Shown one piece after another: positions 17,497-27,012 of a DNA stretch of 64,000 bases. The first letter of the stretch is position 1, and every line of letters starts with the position of its first letter. Under the pieces are notes generated by a model. It did no database searches. It saw only the letters and a program-made list of their open reading frames with translations, and was not told the DNA's origin. Source of the DNA: a virus (taxonomy: Duplodnaviria > Caudoviricetes); the IMG/VR virus record IMGVR_UViG_3300045015_000053. The stretch is one strand, 5' to 3'. The position numbers and the translations under genes are program-made.

Positions 17497-18495
17497 GTGG
17501 GCATCAAGATTTTCGGTCTGGACTCTTCAAGAGACTACGCGGCCAAAGTCGCCGCCGAGGTCGGAGTTCCGCTCTCGAACAAAGTCGAAGACTACTTCGA
17601 GGACGGCGAGGCGACTCTTCGCAGCGAGGTGAACGTTCGCGGTCAGGACGTTTACGTTGTCGGCTCTCTGCACACCTGCGAAAAGGAACGGGTCGCCGAC
17701 AAGATCGTGAAGATGCTGATGTTCATCGGCTCGCTGCGTGACGCATCCGCCAGACGCATCACCGCCGTCGTGCCGTACCTCGCCTACCAGCGGCAGGACC
17801 GCAAAACGGTCAGCCGTGCGCCCATCGTGACCAAGTACCTCGCGAAGTGGCTGCAATCCGTCCAGCTTGACCGGCTGCTGACGATTGACACCCACAGCCT
17901 TCAAGCCCTTCAGAACTCTTTCGACAAGACGATCACCGACCACCTCGAAGCCAAACGGCTTCTGGCGACATACGTTGCCGAAAACATCACCAACCCTGAC
18001 CGCATCTCGGTGATGTCGGCCGACATCTCGGCGATGAATCGCGCCAGACTGTTCCGCAACGTGTTGGCGTCCATCTTCGTGGCACGCCGTGTGCTTCCGC
18101 CGGACTTCGAGATCCCGCTGTGCGTGATGGACAAGACGCACGTCGGCCGGGTGATCGAGGGACACATGATCGTGGGCGACGTGAAAAACCGAGACGTGAT
18201 CATCGTGGACGACATGATCGCCAGTGCCAAAACGATGGCCGAAGCTCGAAAAGGCGTACTGGACAATCAGGGTCGCGTCTGGGGTGCGTGTGCCACCCAC
18301 GGCCTTTTCGTGGGCAAGGCGAACGAAAATCTGGCCGGGTTCGACCGGATCATCGTCAGCGATTCGGTGCGAGCCGGCTACCGGCTCAACCCGCAAAACG
18401 CCCAAAAACTCGTCACGATTTCAACGGCCAAACTGTTCGCGGACGCCATCAAACGCATTAACGAGGAAGGTTCGATCAGTGACTTGCTGTCCTGA
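17497..18495 (+). CDS. prs: Ribose-phosphate pyrophosphokinase homolog with atypical motifs
   Basis: FEDGE, YLAYQRQDR, GDVKNRDVIIVDDMI, ATHG; RBS GGAGG before GTG 17497. Confidence 0.85.
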   Translation: MGIKIFGLDSSRDYAAKVAAEVGVPLSNKVEDYFEDGEATLRSEVNVRGQDVYVVGSLHTCEKERVADKIVKMLMFIGSLRDASARRITAVVPYLAYQRQDRKTVSRAPIVTKYLAKWLQSVQLDRLLTIDTHSLQALQNSFDKTITDHLEAKRLLATYVAENITNPDRISVMSADISAMNRARLFRNVLASIFVARRVLPPDFEIPLCVMDKTHVGRVIEGHMIVGDVKNRDVIIVDDMIASAKTMAEARKGVLDNQGRVWGACATHGLFVGKANENLAGFDRIIVSDSVRAGYRLNPQNAQKLVTISTAKLFADAIKRINEEGSISDLLS

Positions 18496-18520
18496 CGGGC
18501 CGAATAACTGGCAGATTGCC

Positions 18521-18552
18521 TTCACAAATCCGCCGGTTTTGTCTATACTGAC
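18521..18552 (+). promoter_or_regulatory. Conserved phage promoter
   Basis: TTCACA-17 nt (ending GTC)-TATACT-GAC. Confidence 0.7.
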
Positions 18553-18588
18553 CGCACCTGATTTGGAGCGCATCGCCTGGAGAAAGAC

Positions 18589-19122
18589 ATGAACATGACA
18601 GCCGACGTTAGCGTCCAAAGGGCGCGACTGGCAGAACTCAAGATACAAGAAGCCGAGCTTCTGATGGAGGCTGCCAACATCGAACGCGATCTCGCCGCAA
18701 AAGAGGGCGAGATCCTCAAACTGCGTGGTCAGATCGAACAACTGACACGCGGCCTATCCCACCTCGCATACGGCCCTGTGACGCCCCGCGTGGGGAGTGA
18801 GGTGATCGTCAAGGCCGAAGTGACCGGCAACGCGCCGGCGACAAAGACCAAGAAGCACGGGCGTCCGCGACTCTCCGACATCGAGAACGCCGGTGGTTCT
18901 TCATCCCAACCGTCGCTCGGTGCGGTGATCGAAAAGATCGTCAACGAGTCCAACGGTGTGTCGAAGCCCGAACTCGCGACCAAGATCCTCGCGAGCGGCT
19001 ACGTCAGCCTGTCCGACGACTTCGAGACGATGATCGATCAGGCGATCTACCGTCTGAAAAAGAAGGACAAGATCTACCGCCACCCGGACAGCCTCTTGTT
19101 CTTCAAGAAGGAAGCTGCGTAA
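18589..19122 (+). CDS. Coiled-coil plus probable winged-helix protein
   Basis: N-terminal heptads and a C-terminal helical domain. Confidence 0.6.
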   Translation: MNMTADVSVQRARLAELKIQEAELLMEAANIERDLAAKEGEILKLRGQIEQLTRGLSHLAYGPVTPRVGSEVIVKAEVTGNAPATKTKKHGRPRLSDIENAGGSSSQPSLGAVIEKIVNESNGVSKPELATKILASGYVSLSDDFETMIDQAIYRLKKKDKIYRHPDSLLFFKKEAA

Positions 19123-19128
19123 CCGTTC

Positions 19129-19737
19129 TTATTTCGCAGCCGCGTCGATCTCCACGCTCGAACGCATTAGGTTCGCCACGTTCTCTTTGCAGAACCCGAA
19201 CCCGGTGCGTTCGATGAACTCGTAGATGACCCCGGTGAGTGCGTGCGGGGTCGAGAACACCTGCGTTAGACCTTCGCAGTGAAACGGCTTTTCGCTGCTG
19301 AAGGTTCCCCACCCTTTTTCTGCCCATTCTTTCATTTTCCCTTCAACACTCGGCACCTGATACGCCAAGTGGTGTATCCCGCCGATCCCACCGCGAGCCG
19401 CTACCCATTGTCCAACAATGCTGTTCGGCGTCCCGTCAGACACGAAGATTTCCGGTGCCATGTGATAGTCGATGTTCACGGTCGGCAATGCCAGATATGC
19501 GTCTATGCTGATGCCGAGGTCGTCTCTGATGCAGTCGGGGTGTGTCGCGAGGGATTGATGGACCCACGGAGCGTCGGCGACTTTTTCCGGCGGTTCTAGC
19601 GCGATACAGAGGCACTGGTCGCCGCCGCCGAAGTCAATTGTGAACTCTTGTTGGAGCTTGTACCCGAATGCGTCCATGAAGAACTGGGCGGTCTTTTTGC
19701 GGTCTGCGGTTCGGTAAGCAATATGATCCAGTCTCAT
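19129..19737 (-). CDS. VOC/glyoxalase superfamily protein
   Basis: LDHIAY, GIHHLAYQV, YEFIER metal-binding pattern. Confidence 0.8.
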   Translation of the reverse strand: MRLDHIAYRTADRKKTAQFFMDAFGYKLQQEFTIDFGGGDQCLCIALEPPEKVADAPWVHQSLATHPDCIRDDLGISIDAYLALPTVNIDYHMAPEIFVSDGTPNSIVGQWVAARGGIGGIHHLAYQVPSVEGKMKEWAEKGWGTFSSEKPFHCEGLTQVFSTPHALTGVIYEFIERTGFGFCKENVANLMRSSVEIDAAAK

Positions 19738-19792
19738 CTTTCCTCCTGTTGGGGTTTGACTCTATTATGAAGAGAGAAACACCGGAGGAAAA

Positions 19793-20566
19793 ATGTCACA
19801 AGCTCGGATCGAAGCGGAACTCGCGATTGCCTCGGCATGTCAAAAACCTGCCGAGATCGACGTAATCATGGTGGTACACAACCAGCCCGAACTCACCCAG
19901 AACGCGATTTCTTCACTGTCGCAAACGACGCCCAATTACCATCTGTACGTCTACGACAACGGGTCTGACCAAGAGACGGTTGACGTTCTGAAGAAGGCCG
20001 ATTTACGCGGCGGCAGAATAGTGAGGGGCGAAAGAAACATTGGCTTCCTTTTGCCCAATAACTTGCTTGCGAAGGAGGGGAAAAGCCCCTATATTGTCCT
20101 TCTCAATAACGACGTGTACTGCTTGCAGGGTTGGTGGGAACCGCTGATCGGTTGTCTCCAAAACTACCCCGAAGTCGGCGCGACGGGCTACCTCGGAGGG
20201 TATCTGAACACTCAAGGAGTGGGAACCTCGCCGGCATGGGGGTACGATGTGGACTACATCTCCGGTTGGTGTCTGGCCTTGCGCCGCAAGGACTACGAGA
20301 AATTCGGGTTGTTCGATGCGGAACACCTCGAATTTGCCTACTGTGAAGATGCCGATTTCTGCTTCCGATTGAGAGAAGCAGGACTCACCACATACGCCTT
20401 TGGCCTCGATCTTGTCTGGCACAAAGGCCACGCAACATCAGGAAACATCGATCCGCAACTACTCGGAGGTCCGTTCGCGCGTAACCACGCTTACATAAGA
20501 AACCGCTGGCAAAAGTATCTTGGCCGAAGTACGAGTGGGCTATACAACCCCCTCGCTAATTGTTAA
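19793..20566 (+). CDS. Glycosyltransferase family 2
   Basis: VYDNGS, NIGF, LLNND, EDAD motifs. Confidence 0.85.
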   Translation: MSQARIEAELAIASACQKPAEIDVIMVVHNQPELTQNAISSLSQTTPNYHLYVYDNGSDQETVDVLKKADLRGGRIVRGERNIGFLLPNNLLAKEGKSPYIVLLNNDVYCLQGWWEPLIGCLQNYPEVGATGYLGGYLNTQGVGTSPAWGYDVDYISGWCLALRRKDYEKFGLFDAEHLEFAYCEDADFCFRLREAGLTTYAFGLDLVWHKGHATSGNIDPQLLGGPFARNHAYIRNRWQKYLGRSTSGLYNPLANC

Positions 20567-20593
20567 ACTCTGTCATCCAATGGAGATGGACCA

Positions 20594-21871
20594 ATGGCAA
20601 AAAACCGCAAGAACAAAGTCGCAGAACCGCACTGCGACTTCTGCAAGCAACCCAAGTCCGAATGCGGGGGCCACCTGATCGAAGGGCCGGGTTCTCTAGG
20701 CAACGGGCGCAACAGCGGGGAGGACACCGTCTGGATCTGCCCCACCTGCATCGGCACCTGCGCTGCGATGCTCAACAAGGCCGGGATTGAGTTCGCGGCC
20801 AAAGAGGAAGAGAACGCTCCGCTGCCGGCTCTCAACGTCCCCGACCCGCGTGAGATCAAGAAACATCTCGACAAGTTCGTCATCGGTCAGGACCATGCCA
20901 AGCGGATCATGGCGGTGGCCGTAGCGAACCACTACAAGCGGCTCGTTTCGACACCCGGCGACTACCTGAAGGATGTCGAGATCGAAAAGAGCAACATCCT
21001 GATGGCCGGGCCGACCGGCAGCGGCAAGACCCTGCTCGCCCGCACCCTCGCGAAGACGCTCAACGTGCCGTTCGCCATCGGTGACGCCACCGCGATCACT
21101 GAAGCCGGCTACGTCGGTGAAGACGTGGAGAACCTGTTGTTGCGACTCATCCGCGCGGCAGACGGCAATCTGGTGGCGGCACAACGCGGCATCCTCTACA
21201 TCGATGAGATCGACAAGATCGGCCGCACCAACCAGAACATGAGTTTGACCCGCGACGTGTCGGGCGAAGGTGTTCAGCAGAGCCTCCTGAAGATGATCGA
21301 GGGGACTATTTCCAACGTCCCTCCGCAGGGCGGGCGGAAGAACCCCGAAAGCAACTACATTCAGTTCGACACCAGCAACGTGCTGTTCATCTGCGGCGGC
21401 ACGTTCTGCGGCCTGAGCGACATCGTGAAACGCCGCGTCGGACGCGGGTCGATGGGGTTCCTCGCGCAGTCGAAGTCGGGTGAACTGACTGACGATGAAC
21501 TGCTGCGTCAAGTCACCACCGAAGATCTCGTTGAGTTCGGGATGATCCCCGAATTCATCGGCCGGCTGCCCGTCCGCACCTCGCTCGACAAGATCACCGA
21601 AGACGGGCTGATCAAGGTTCTGACCGAGCCGAACAACGCGATCATCAAGCAGTACCAGAAGATCTGCCACATGGACAGCGTTTCGCTCAAGTTCGATGAC
21701 GACGCCGTCCGCGAGATCGCCAAACAAGCCCTCGAACGCGACACCGGGGCGCGTGCCTTGCGGGGCGTCGTGGAAGAAGTCATGCTGGACCTGATGTTCG
21801 ACATCGCCGACCACAAGGGTAGCGAGATCGTCATCACCGGCGAACGGGTTCGTCAAAAGAAGGCGGCGTGA
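20594..21871 (+). CDS. clpX: ClpX AAA+ unfoldase
   Basis: Zn finger CDFC..CPTC, GPTGSGKT, AGYVGED, YIDEID, TRDVSGEGVQQ, TGARALR. Confidence 0.95.
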   Translation: MAKNRKNKVAEPHCDFCKQPKSECGGHLIEGPGSLGNGRNSGEDTVWICPTCIGTCAAMLNKAGIEFAAKEEENAPLPALNVPDPREIKKHLDKFVIGQDHAKRIMAVAVANHYKRLVSTPGDYLKDVEIEKSNILMAGPTGSGKTLLARTLAKTLNVPFAIGDATAITEAGYVGEDVENLLLRLIRAADGNLVAAQRGILYIDEIDKIGRTNQNMSLTRDVSGEGVQQSLLKMIEGTISNVPPQGGRKNPESNYIQFDTSNVLFICGGTFCGLSDIVKRRVGRGSMGFLAQSKSGELTDDELLRQVTTEDLVEFGMIPEFIGRLPVRTSLDKITEDGLIKVLTEPNNAIIKQYQKICHMDSVSLKFDDDAVREIAKQALERDTGARALRGVVEEVMLDLMFDIADHKGSEIVITGERVRQKKAA

Positions 21872-21872
21872 C

Positions 21873-22292
21873 ATGTCGGACGTGATCGCGACGTTCAAGA
21901 AAACTGCGGATGGCCTTATCGACCACGATGGGGTCTATCCCAACTTCGTCGTTTACGAGGCTGAGAACGGCTCTGCGAACGTCGAGTTCGTGGAGCGTTG
22001 CGAGCCGATCATGGTGATGTGCCGCGCCTTCGACAAGATCCACAACCTCAAGTCGAAGAAAGTCGTTTTTTGCATCGACCGCTACACCGATCCCGAATTC
22101 GGGATCGACACAAAAGATTTCCTCGCCGTGTACTACTGGGACGAGTCCGCTTGGAAGTTCGGCGTCCTCGAATACGACGACGGCAAGACCCGTGAGATTC
22201 GGTGGGACCACGCCGCGTGGGGCAAGTGGCACAAGCGTTTTGGCGACGAGATCAAACAGGCTATGATGCAGTTTCTGAAGGTGCGGTCATGA
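21873..22292 (+). CDS. Hypothetical protein
   Basis: Tightly coupled ORF. Confidence 0.65.
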   Translation: MSDVIATFKKTADGLIDHDGVYPNFVVYEAENGSANVEFVERCEPIMVMCRAFDKIHNLKSKKVVFCIDRYTDPEFGIDTKDFLAVYYWDESAWKFGVLEYDDGKTREIRWDHAAWGKWHKRFGDEIKQAMMQFLKVRS

Positions 22293-23260
22293 AGTTCCAC
22301 ACGCCACGCAAGAGGGTTACTGAGCGGGTGCCGTGCGCCGAGTGCGGCACCAAGCCGTTCACCCCGTACATGATCCAAGACGACCTTTGGAAGAAGGTCG
22401 CCGGTAACACGAGCCTGCTTTGTCTTTCTTGTTTCACCAAGAAGCTAGGCAGAAAATTGAAGTTGGATGACTTCAAACCGTGCCAACTGACTAATTTGAT
22501 CATGTTGGGGAATTCGATTGGCACCGGAGAAGAAATCGACATGACCGAAGGCTACAAAGACGAGCCGGCGAAGGTTCACTTTCGGATGATCGGGGACGTT
22601 CACGGCGAACTCTTGGAATACATCAAGCTCGCGAAGGGGGCCGAATACTCGCTGCAAGTCGGCGACCTCGGCTTCGACTGCATGGGGCTGGAACAGTACC
22701 TGTCTCCGCAGCACCACTTCGTCGTGGGCGGCAACCACGACAACTACAACACGCTCAACGACGGCGAGACGTTCTACGATCAGCCGCCGCACTACCTCAA
22801 GGACTTCGGAAGTCTGGAACTGCCCGGCGTCCCGAAACTGTTCTACGTTCGCGGCGCACGCAGCGTTGACAAGGACCGCCGCACGGCCGGTCACGACTGG
22901 TGGCCTCACGAGGAACTGAACTACCGCCGGATGACCGACGCCATCACCGCCTACAACGAGGCCAAGCCCGATTTTGTGGTGAGCCACGAGTGTCCGGCGT
23001 TTCTGGTCAACGAGGTGACGCGGTGGAAAGTGCCGCTGCGTCCGAGCAGTACGGCCTTTGCACTGGAGTCGATGTTCGAGAACCACCAGCCGAAGGTGTG
23101 GATTTTCGGACACTTCCACAACGACTGGTCGATGGAGTTCAAGGGAACCTATTTCCGCTGTCTCGACATCCGCACCACTTACGACCTGACCTTCCCATTT
23201 GGGATCGATGAGTTCGTCTCTGGTGGCAAGATCACGAGTTTGAACATCGGGGGCAAATGA
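22289..23260 (+). CDS. Metallophosphoesterase with N-terminal Zn finger
   Basis: GDVHG, GD, GNHD, SH, GHFH. ATGA coupling at 22289; an internal start at MTEGY is possible. Confidence 0.85.
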   Translation: MKFHTPRKRVTERVPCAECGTKPFTPYMIQDDLWKKVAGNTSLLCLSCFTKKLGRKLKLDDFKPCQLTNLIMLGNSIGTGEEIDMTEGYKDEPAKVHFRMIGDVHGELLEYIKLAKGAEYSLQVGDLGFDCMGLEQYLSPQHHFVVGGNHDNYNTLNDGETFYDQPPHYLKDFGSLELPGVPKLFYVRGARSVDKDRRTAGHDWWPHEELNYRRMTDAITAYNEAKPDFVVSHECPAFLVNEVTRWKVPLRPSSTAFALESMFENHQPKVWIFGHFHNDWSMEFKGTYFRCLDIRTTYDLTFPFGIDEFVSGGKITSLNIGGK

Positions 23261-23841
23261 AGCGATTCTGGGCCGCACCGCTGAACAAGGCGGCATTCTC
23301 GGCGGGGGTAAATTGGGTGTCGCACGTTAAGCGACACAAGCTATTGCCACTCGTTGTCGATCTGGGCATGGACGACGATCAGGTGAAAGAACTCGTTGCC
23401 GAGAAGGTGACGGTGCTGTCGGTCGGTCCCAAGTCGCACTTCGATGTTTGGGGCGAGCTTTTGAATCTTGATTTCGGCGTACTTTTGTACTCTTCGCCGG
23501 GAGATTTGTTCGACCCCACAAAGGCGATGCTGAACGGCGAGGACCACATGGTTTTTGCCAAGTGGCCGGCGGATAGCGAATACTACAATCTCTGTGGAGC
23601 GATTGTTTCGGTGCTGGCTCGCGCAAAGACCGCGATCCACATTGAGAAGAAAGTGGCAGAGACGCAGGGCGGGATCGCCTGCCCGGTACGGGTTTGTGGG
23701 CCTGCCTATTTGTGGCGGGCGATGGTCGGGATGACGCGGTTCGTCCGCGCCGGCCAGCCGCACCCGTCGAACCAGTGGGAGCCGTTGGCCGTCAATCTGT
23801 TTGCGGCCGAGTATCCCGAATACACACTGCTCGAAAGTTAA
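23257..23841 (+). CDS. Hypothetical protein
   Basis: ATGA coupled. Confidence 0.65.
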   Translation: MKRFWAAPLNKAAFSAGVNWVSHVKRHKLLPLVVDLGMDDDQVKELVAEKVTVLSVGPKSHFDVWGELLNLDFGVLLYSSPGDLFDPTKAMLNGEDHMVFAKWPADSEYYNLCGAIVSVLARAKTAIHIEKKVAETQGGIACPVRVCGPAYLWRAMVGMTRFVRAGQPHPSNQWEPLAVNLFAAEYPEYTLLES

Positions 23842-23849
23842 GAGGAAAG

Positions 23850-24257
23850 ATGGCGAAGCACTTACTGTTCGTGTACGGCACTTTGAAAAAGGGTCACACC
23901 CGCCACAAGGTCATCGGCGACCAACGGTACTTGGGGACAGCCGTCCTCAAGCCCAATCACAAGATGATCTACCTCGGCGGTTTCCCCGCACTCGTTCCGG
24001 CTCTTACCGGCGAGGGCAGCAAGGTTCGTGGCGAACTTTACGAAGTTGACGACAACTGTTTGGTGGAAGCTGACAAGGTCGAGGGCGTCGATCACGGTCT
24101 GTTCAAACGCGACCCGTTGGAAATCGAATCCCACGTTCCGATGATGCTCCCCACCCAACAGACCACGTTCAACAAGCTTGAGAAAGGCGAGGTCCAGGGT
24201 TACGTCTACGCTCGCGAGTATGGCAATGCTCGTGACTGTGGTGTTTTTTGGTTTTGA
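23850..24257 (+). CDS. Gamma-glutamylcyclotransferase family protein
   Basis: LFVYGTLKKG, GFPAL, GELY, DKVEG. Confidence 0.85.
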   Translation: MAKHLLFVYGTLKKGHTRHKVIGDQRYLGTAVLKPNHKMIYLGGFPALVPALTGEGSKVRGELYEVDDNCLVEADKVEGVDHGLFKRDPLEIESHVPMMLPTQQTTFNKLEKGEVQGYVYAREYGNARDCGVFWF

Positions 24258-24281
24258 CTGAGAAAACACCCCCTTCATCTC

Positions 24282-24311
24282 TTGCGTCAGTTCCCTTCAA
24301 GTGGTTATAAT
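24282..24311 (+). promoter_or_regulatory. Sigma70-type promoter of the sigma gene
   Basis: TTGCGT-18 nt-TATAAT. Confidence 0.55.
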
Positions 24312-24335
24312 GCCGCTATCGAGGAGGGAACGTAC

Positions 24336-25283
24336 ATGGTCGCAACACTGCCTGTTACCGATGCTCGCAAGCGTGCTGACGCCCTTCGGGGGGTTCTGGA
24401 CTCCCGTTGGAAGGTGTTCTCTCACCCGGACTTCGACCGGCCGAAGATGGAGCGGAAGATCGTGGCCGACATGCCCGATCTCGCCTCCTACGAGGCGAAA
24501 CGGGGTGAAGTCAAGAAACTCCGTCTCGCCAACACCGACAGCGAGATCCTGCCGTTCTACCAAGAGCCGTTGCTCTCGAAGGCTCAGGAACAGCACCTGT
24601 TCCGTAAGATGAACTTCTTCAAGTACAAACTGGAGAAGACGGTGCGGTCGCTCCACCCGTCGCACCCCAGTCTGGTGAAGCTCGGATTCGCCGAGTACCT
24701 GAACGTCAAACGGAACGCCGTGAAGCAGCACATAGTTTGCTGCAACACGCGGCTGGCCTCTCAGGTGCTGCGGCGGTACGGCGATTACTGCCGTCAACGC
24801 GGTCTGGCGACCGACATGTTGAGCGAGGCGTACCTCAACATCGTCCGCGCCGTGGACTGTTTTGACTGGACGAGGGGCTTCAAATTCAGTACCTATGCTA
24901 CATGGGTTCTGATCAACAACTTCAGCCGCGACCTGAGCGGCGAACGTAAGTTCACCGAGAACTTCGTCACGGGTTTTGACGAATCCATCTACGACGACAA
25001 AGAAGACAATCGCGATGAGGTGGATCGGGTCTATACTGAGAAGCACGAGGACAACAAGGTCCGGGCCGAAAAACTGATCGGCCTGCTCGACAAGCCGGAA
25101 GACGAGCGAAAACGTTCCGTCATCGAACGTTTCTTCGGTATCGGCGGTGAGAAAAAGACCTTGCTCCAGATCAGCGAAGAGATGGGGCTGACGAAGGAGC
25201 GGGTCCGTCAACTTCGCGAACGCGGTCTAGAAGAGATCCGCGAGCGGATGGCGGAAATGGGATGGACGGACGAACTCAACTGA
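24336..25283 (+). CDS. RNA polymerase sigma-70 family factor
   Basis: Region 2 RAVDCFDWTRGFKFSTYATW; region 4 TLLQISEEMGLTKERVRQL. Confidence 0.9.
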   Translation: MVATLPVTDARKRADALRGVLDSRWKVFSHPDFDRPKMERKIVADMPDLASYEAKRGEVKKLRLANTDSEILPFYQEPLLSKAQEQHLFRKMNFFKYKLEKTVRSLHPSHPSLVKLGFAEYLNVKRNAVKQHIVCCNTRLASQVLRRYGDYCRQRGLATDMLSEAYLNIVRAVDCFDWTRGFKFSTYATWVLINNFSRDLSGERKFTENFVTGFDESIYDDKEDNRDEVDRVYTEKHEDNKVRAEKLIGLLDKPEDERKRSVIERFFGIGGEKKTLLQISEEMGLTKERVRQLRERGLEEIRERMAEMGWTDELN

Positions 25284-25290
25284 GGTCAAG

Positions 25291-26229
25291 ATGAACACGC
25301 AGCTAACCGACAAGGAATTCTTAGCTCTCGCCCGGTCATTCGACGCCGGGCCAGAGCCGATGATCAACGGCTACCTCTGGACCGAAATGGGCCAGTTCGC
25401 GGACGGCGACCACCACAACATGATGGTGGAGTATCGTGGCAACGGCAAGTGGGCCATCAAGGTCGGCGGTTGCACTCTCGACATCCACGGGGAGCGACAG
25501 TACGAAGGCATGAGCAGCAGTCGCACCGACGAGTACCTTGCCGAAAACAGGTACGTTTCGGCCCGCGAAGCTCTGGAGATCGCCGGTCACTATCGCGACC
25601 GTGTGACTTGGGCGATCCTCGAAGCCCGGAAGACCGACCCGAAATCGACGCATTGGGGCGACTCTGACGACCACGTCATCTTCCGCGCCACCGCACTGGC
25701 CTACGTCGCACACCGTGGACAGGTCCGCAAGTACAGTGAACCCGGACAAGAACCGTCCCCGTACATCAACCACCCGGCGGCGATTGCTTCGGTGACCGAA
25801 AGCTGGACTATCGCCAAGAAGAAGTCGGAACAGCGGCGGCTGATGGTTTCGGCGGCGTGGTTGCACGACGTGATCGAGGACTGCCCGGCCGAGTTCGCGG
25901 GCCGCATCAAAGAACTCGGTCAGGACATCTACACGCTGGTCAAGGAACTGACCAATCCGAGTAAGGGGTCGAAGCTCAACCGCGCCGCCCGCAAGAAGAT
26001 GGACCGCGACCACCTGAAACACGTTTCGTGGCAGGCTAAGGTCATCAAGTTGATCGACCGTCGATCCAATTTGATGGAGATCCACGGGCAACCGGCCGAA
26101 CCGGACTTCAAGCGGCTCTACGCCCGCGAAAGTCTGGAACTGCTGGAAGCTCTCCGCAGCCCCGACACCGCCGATCTCGAAGAGGAATTGGAGGTCTGGG
26201 CGCGGGCGTTGCTAGAAACGAAGGGCTGA
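25291..26229 (+). CDS. HD-domain phosphohydrolase (RelA/SpoT-HD-like) with unknown N-terminal domain
   Basis: AH.GQ.RK, PYINHP, AAWLHDVIED, KLIDR.SN. Confidence 0.8.
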   Translation: MNTQLTDKEFLALARSFDAGPEPMINGYLWTEMGQFADGDHHNMMVEYRGNGKWAIKVGGCTLDIHGERQYEGMSSSRTDEYLAENRYVSAREALEIAGHYRDRVTWAILEARKTDPKSTHWGDSDDHVIFRATALAYVAHRGQVRKYSEPGQEPSPYINHPAAIASVTESWTIAKKKSEQRRLMVSAAWLHDVIEDCPAEFAGRIKELGQDIYTLVKELTNPSKGSKLNRAARKKMDRDHLKHVSWQAKVIKLIDRRSNLMEIHGQPAEPDFKRLYARESLELLEALRSPDTADLEEELEVWARALLETKG

Positions 26230-26230
26230 G

Positions 26231-26575
26231 ATGAACGTCTGGTTCCTCCCTTGTAACGAGACGCCCTTCCTCAACCGCGATCACCCGGTCTTCCTGGCAA
26301 TCAGGGACCGGGTGCTTGGCTGTGACGACTACCGCATCCTGCTCGAACACTTCGGTTGGGTGACTTACCACTCGTGCTTCAAGACGAAGGAAGAAGCACA
26401 GGAAGAACTGTTCCACAAGTACGAGGTTTACTGGCTCGATCAGGGGTTGCCCCTGGTCGCAAAACGGAGTACCCTGTTTGGGTATTTCAAACATCTGGGC
26501 AAGCCAGAGGTCATGTTGCCCTGGTTCGATTTGGACAGCGTTCTGCGAGATCCCTATGCCGAAACCACAGATTGA
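26231..26575 (+). CDS. Hypothetical protein
   Basis: Coupled ORF. Confidence 0.6.
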   Translation: MNVWFLPCNETPFLNRDHPVFLAIRDRVLGCDDYRILLEHFGWVTYHSCFKTKEEAQEELFHKYEVYWLDQGLPLVAKRSTLFGYFKHLGKPEVMLPWFDLDSVLRDPYAETTD

Positions 26576-26933
26576 TCCCGAACTTCTCGCGGGCTGGAAC
26601 CAAGAACTCAGTGCCGCCGAGGTACAACTCGAACATCTGGTCGTCAATCCGGTGCTTCACGCCAAGCTGCACGAGATCGGGTTGGCCGGCAAATGGCTCA
26701 AGCACGTTCTTGTTTCCGACAACACGCCACCAGACAAGGTGACACAGTTTTTTGCACTGTTCTGCCAGAAGGCGTTCGGCGTACAAGACGTGTGGGAACT
26801 CGCGGTCAAAACCTTCGACGCCCACCACAAGTTCCAAGAGTTCAAAAAGAATCCACCCTACACAACAGTCGAAGTCCCCCTCGCCGAACGGGACGAACTG
26901 CTCGAACGACTGACCCGCGTTCATTCCGAATAA
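26556..26933 (+). CDS. Hypothetical protein
   Basis: ATG 26556, overlapping the upstream gene. Confidence 0.6.
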   Translation: MPKPQIDPELLAGWNQELSAAEVQLEHLVVNPVLHAKLHEIGLAGKWLKHVLVSDNTPPDKVTQFFALFCQKAFGVQDVWELAVKTFDAHHKFQEFKKNPPYTTVEVPLAERDELLERLTRVHSE

Positions 26934-26948
26934 AAAGCGCTGAAGACC

Positions 26949-26980
26949 TTTACAAACTGCTCCGAAGTGTCGATATTGAC
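26949..26980 (+). promoter_or_regulatory. Conserved phage promoter embedded in an RBS-sequestering hairpin
   Basis: TTTACA-17 nt (ending GTC)-GATATT-GAC. Confidence 0.6.
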
Positions 26981-27012
26981 TCCATAATCGACACACGCAC
27001 TCGGAGCAGATC

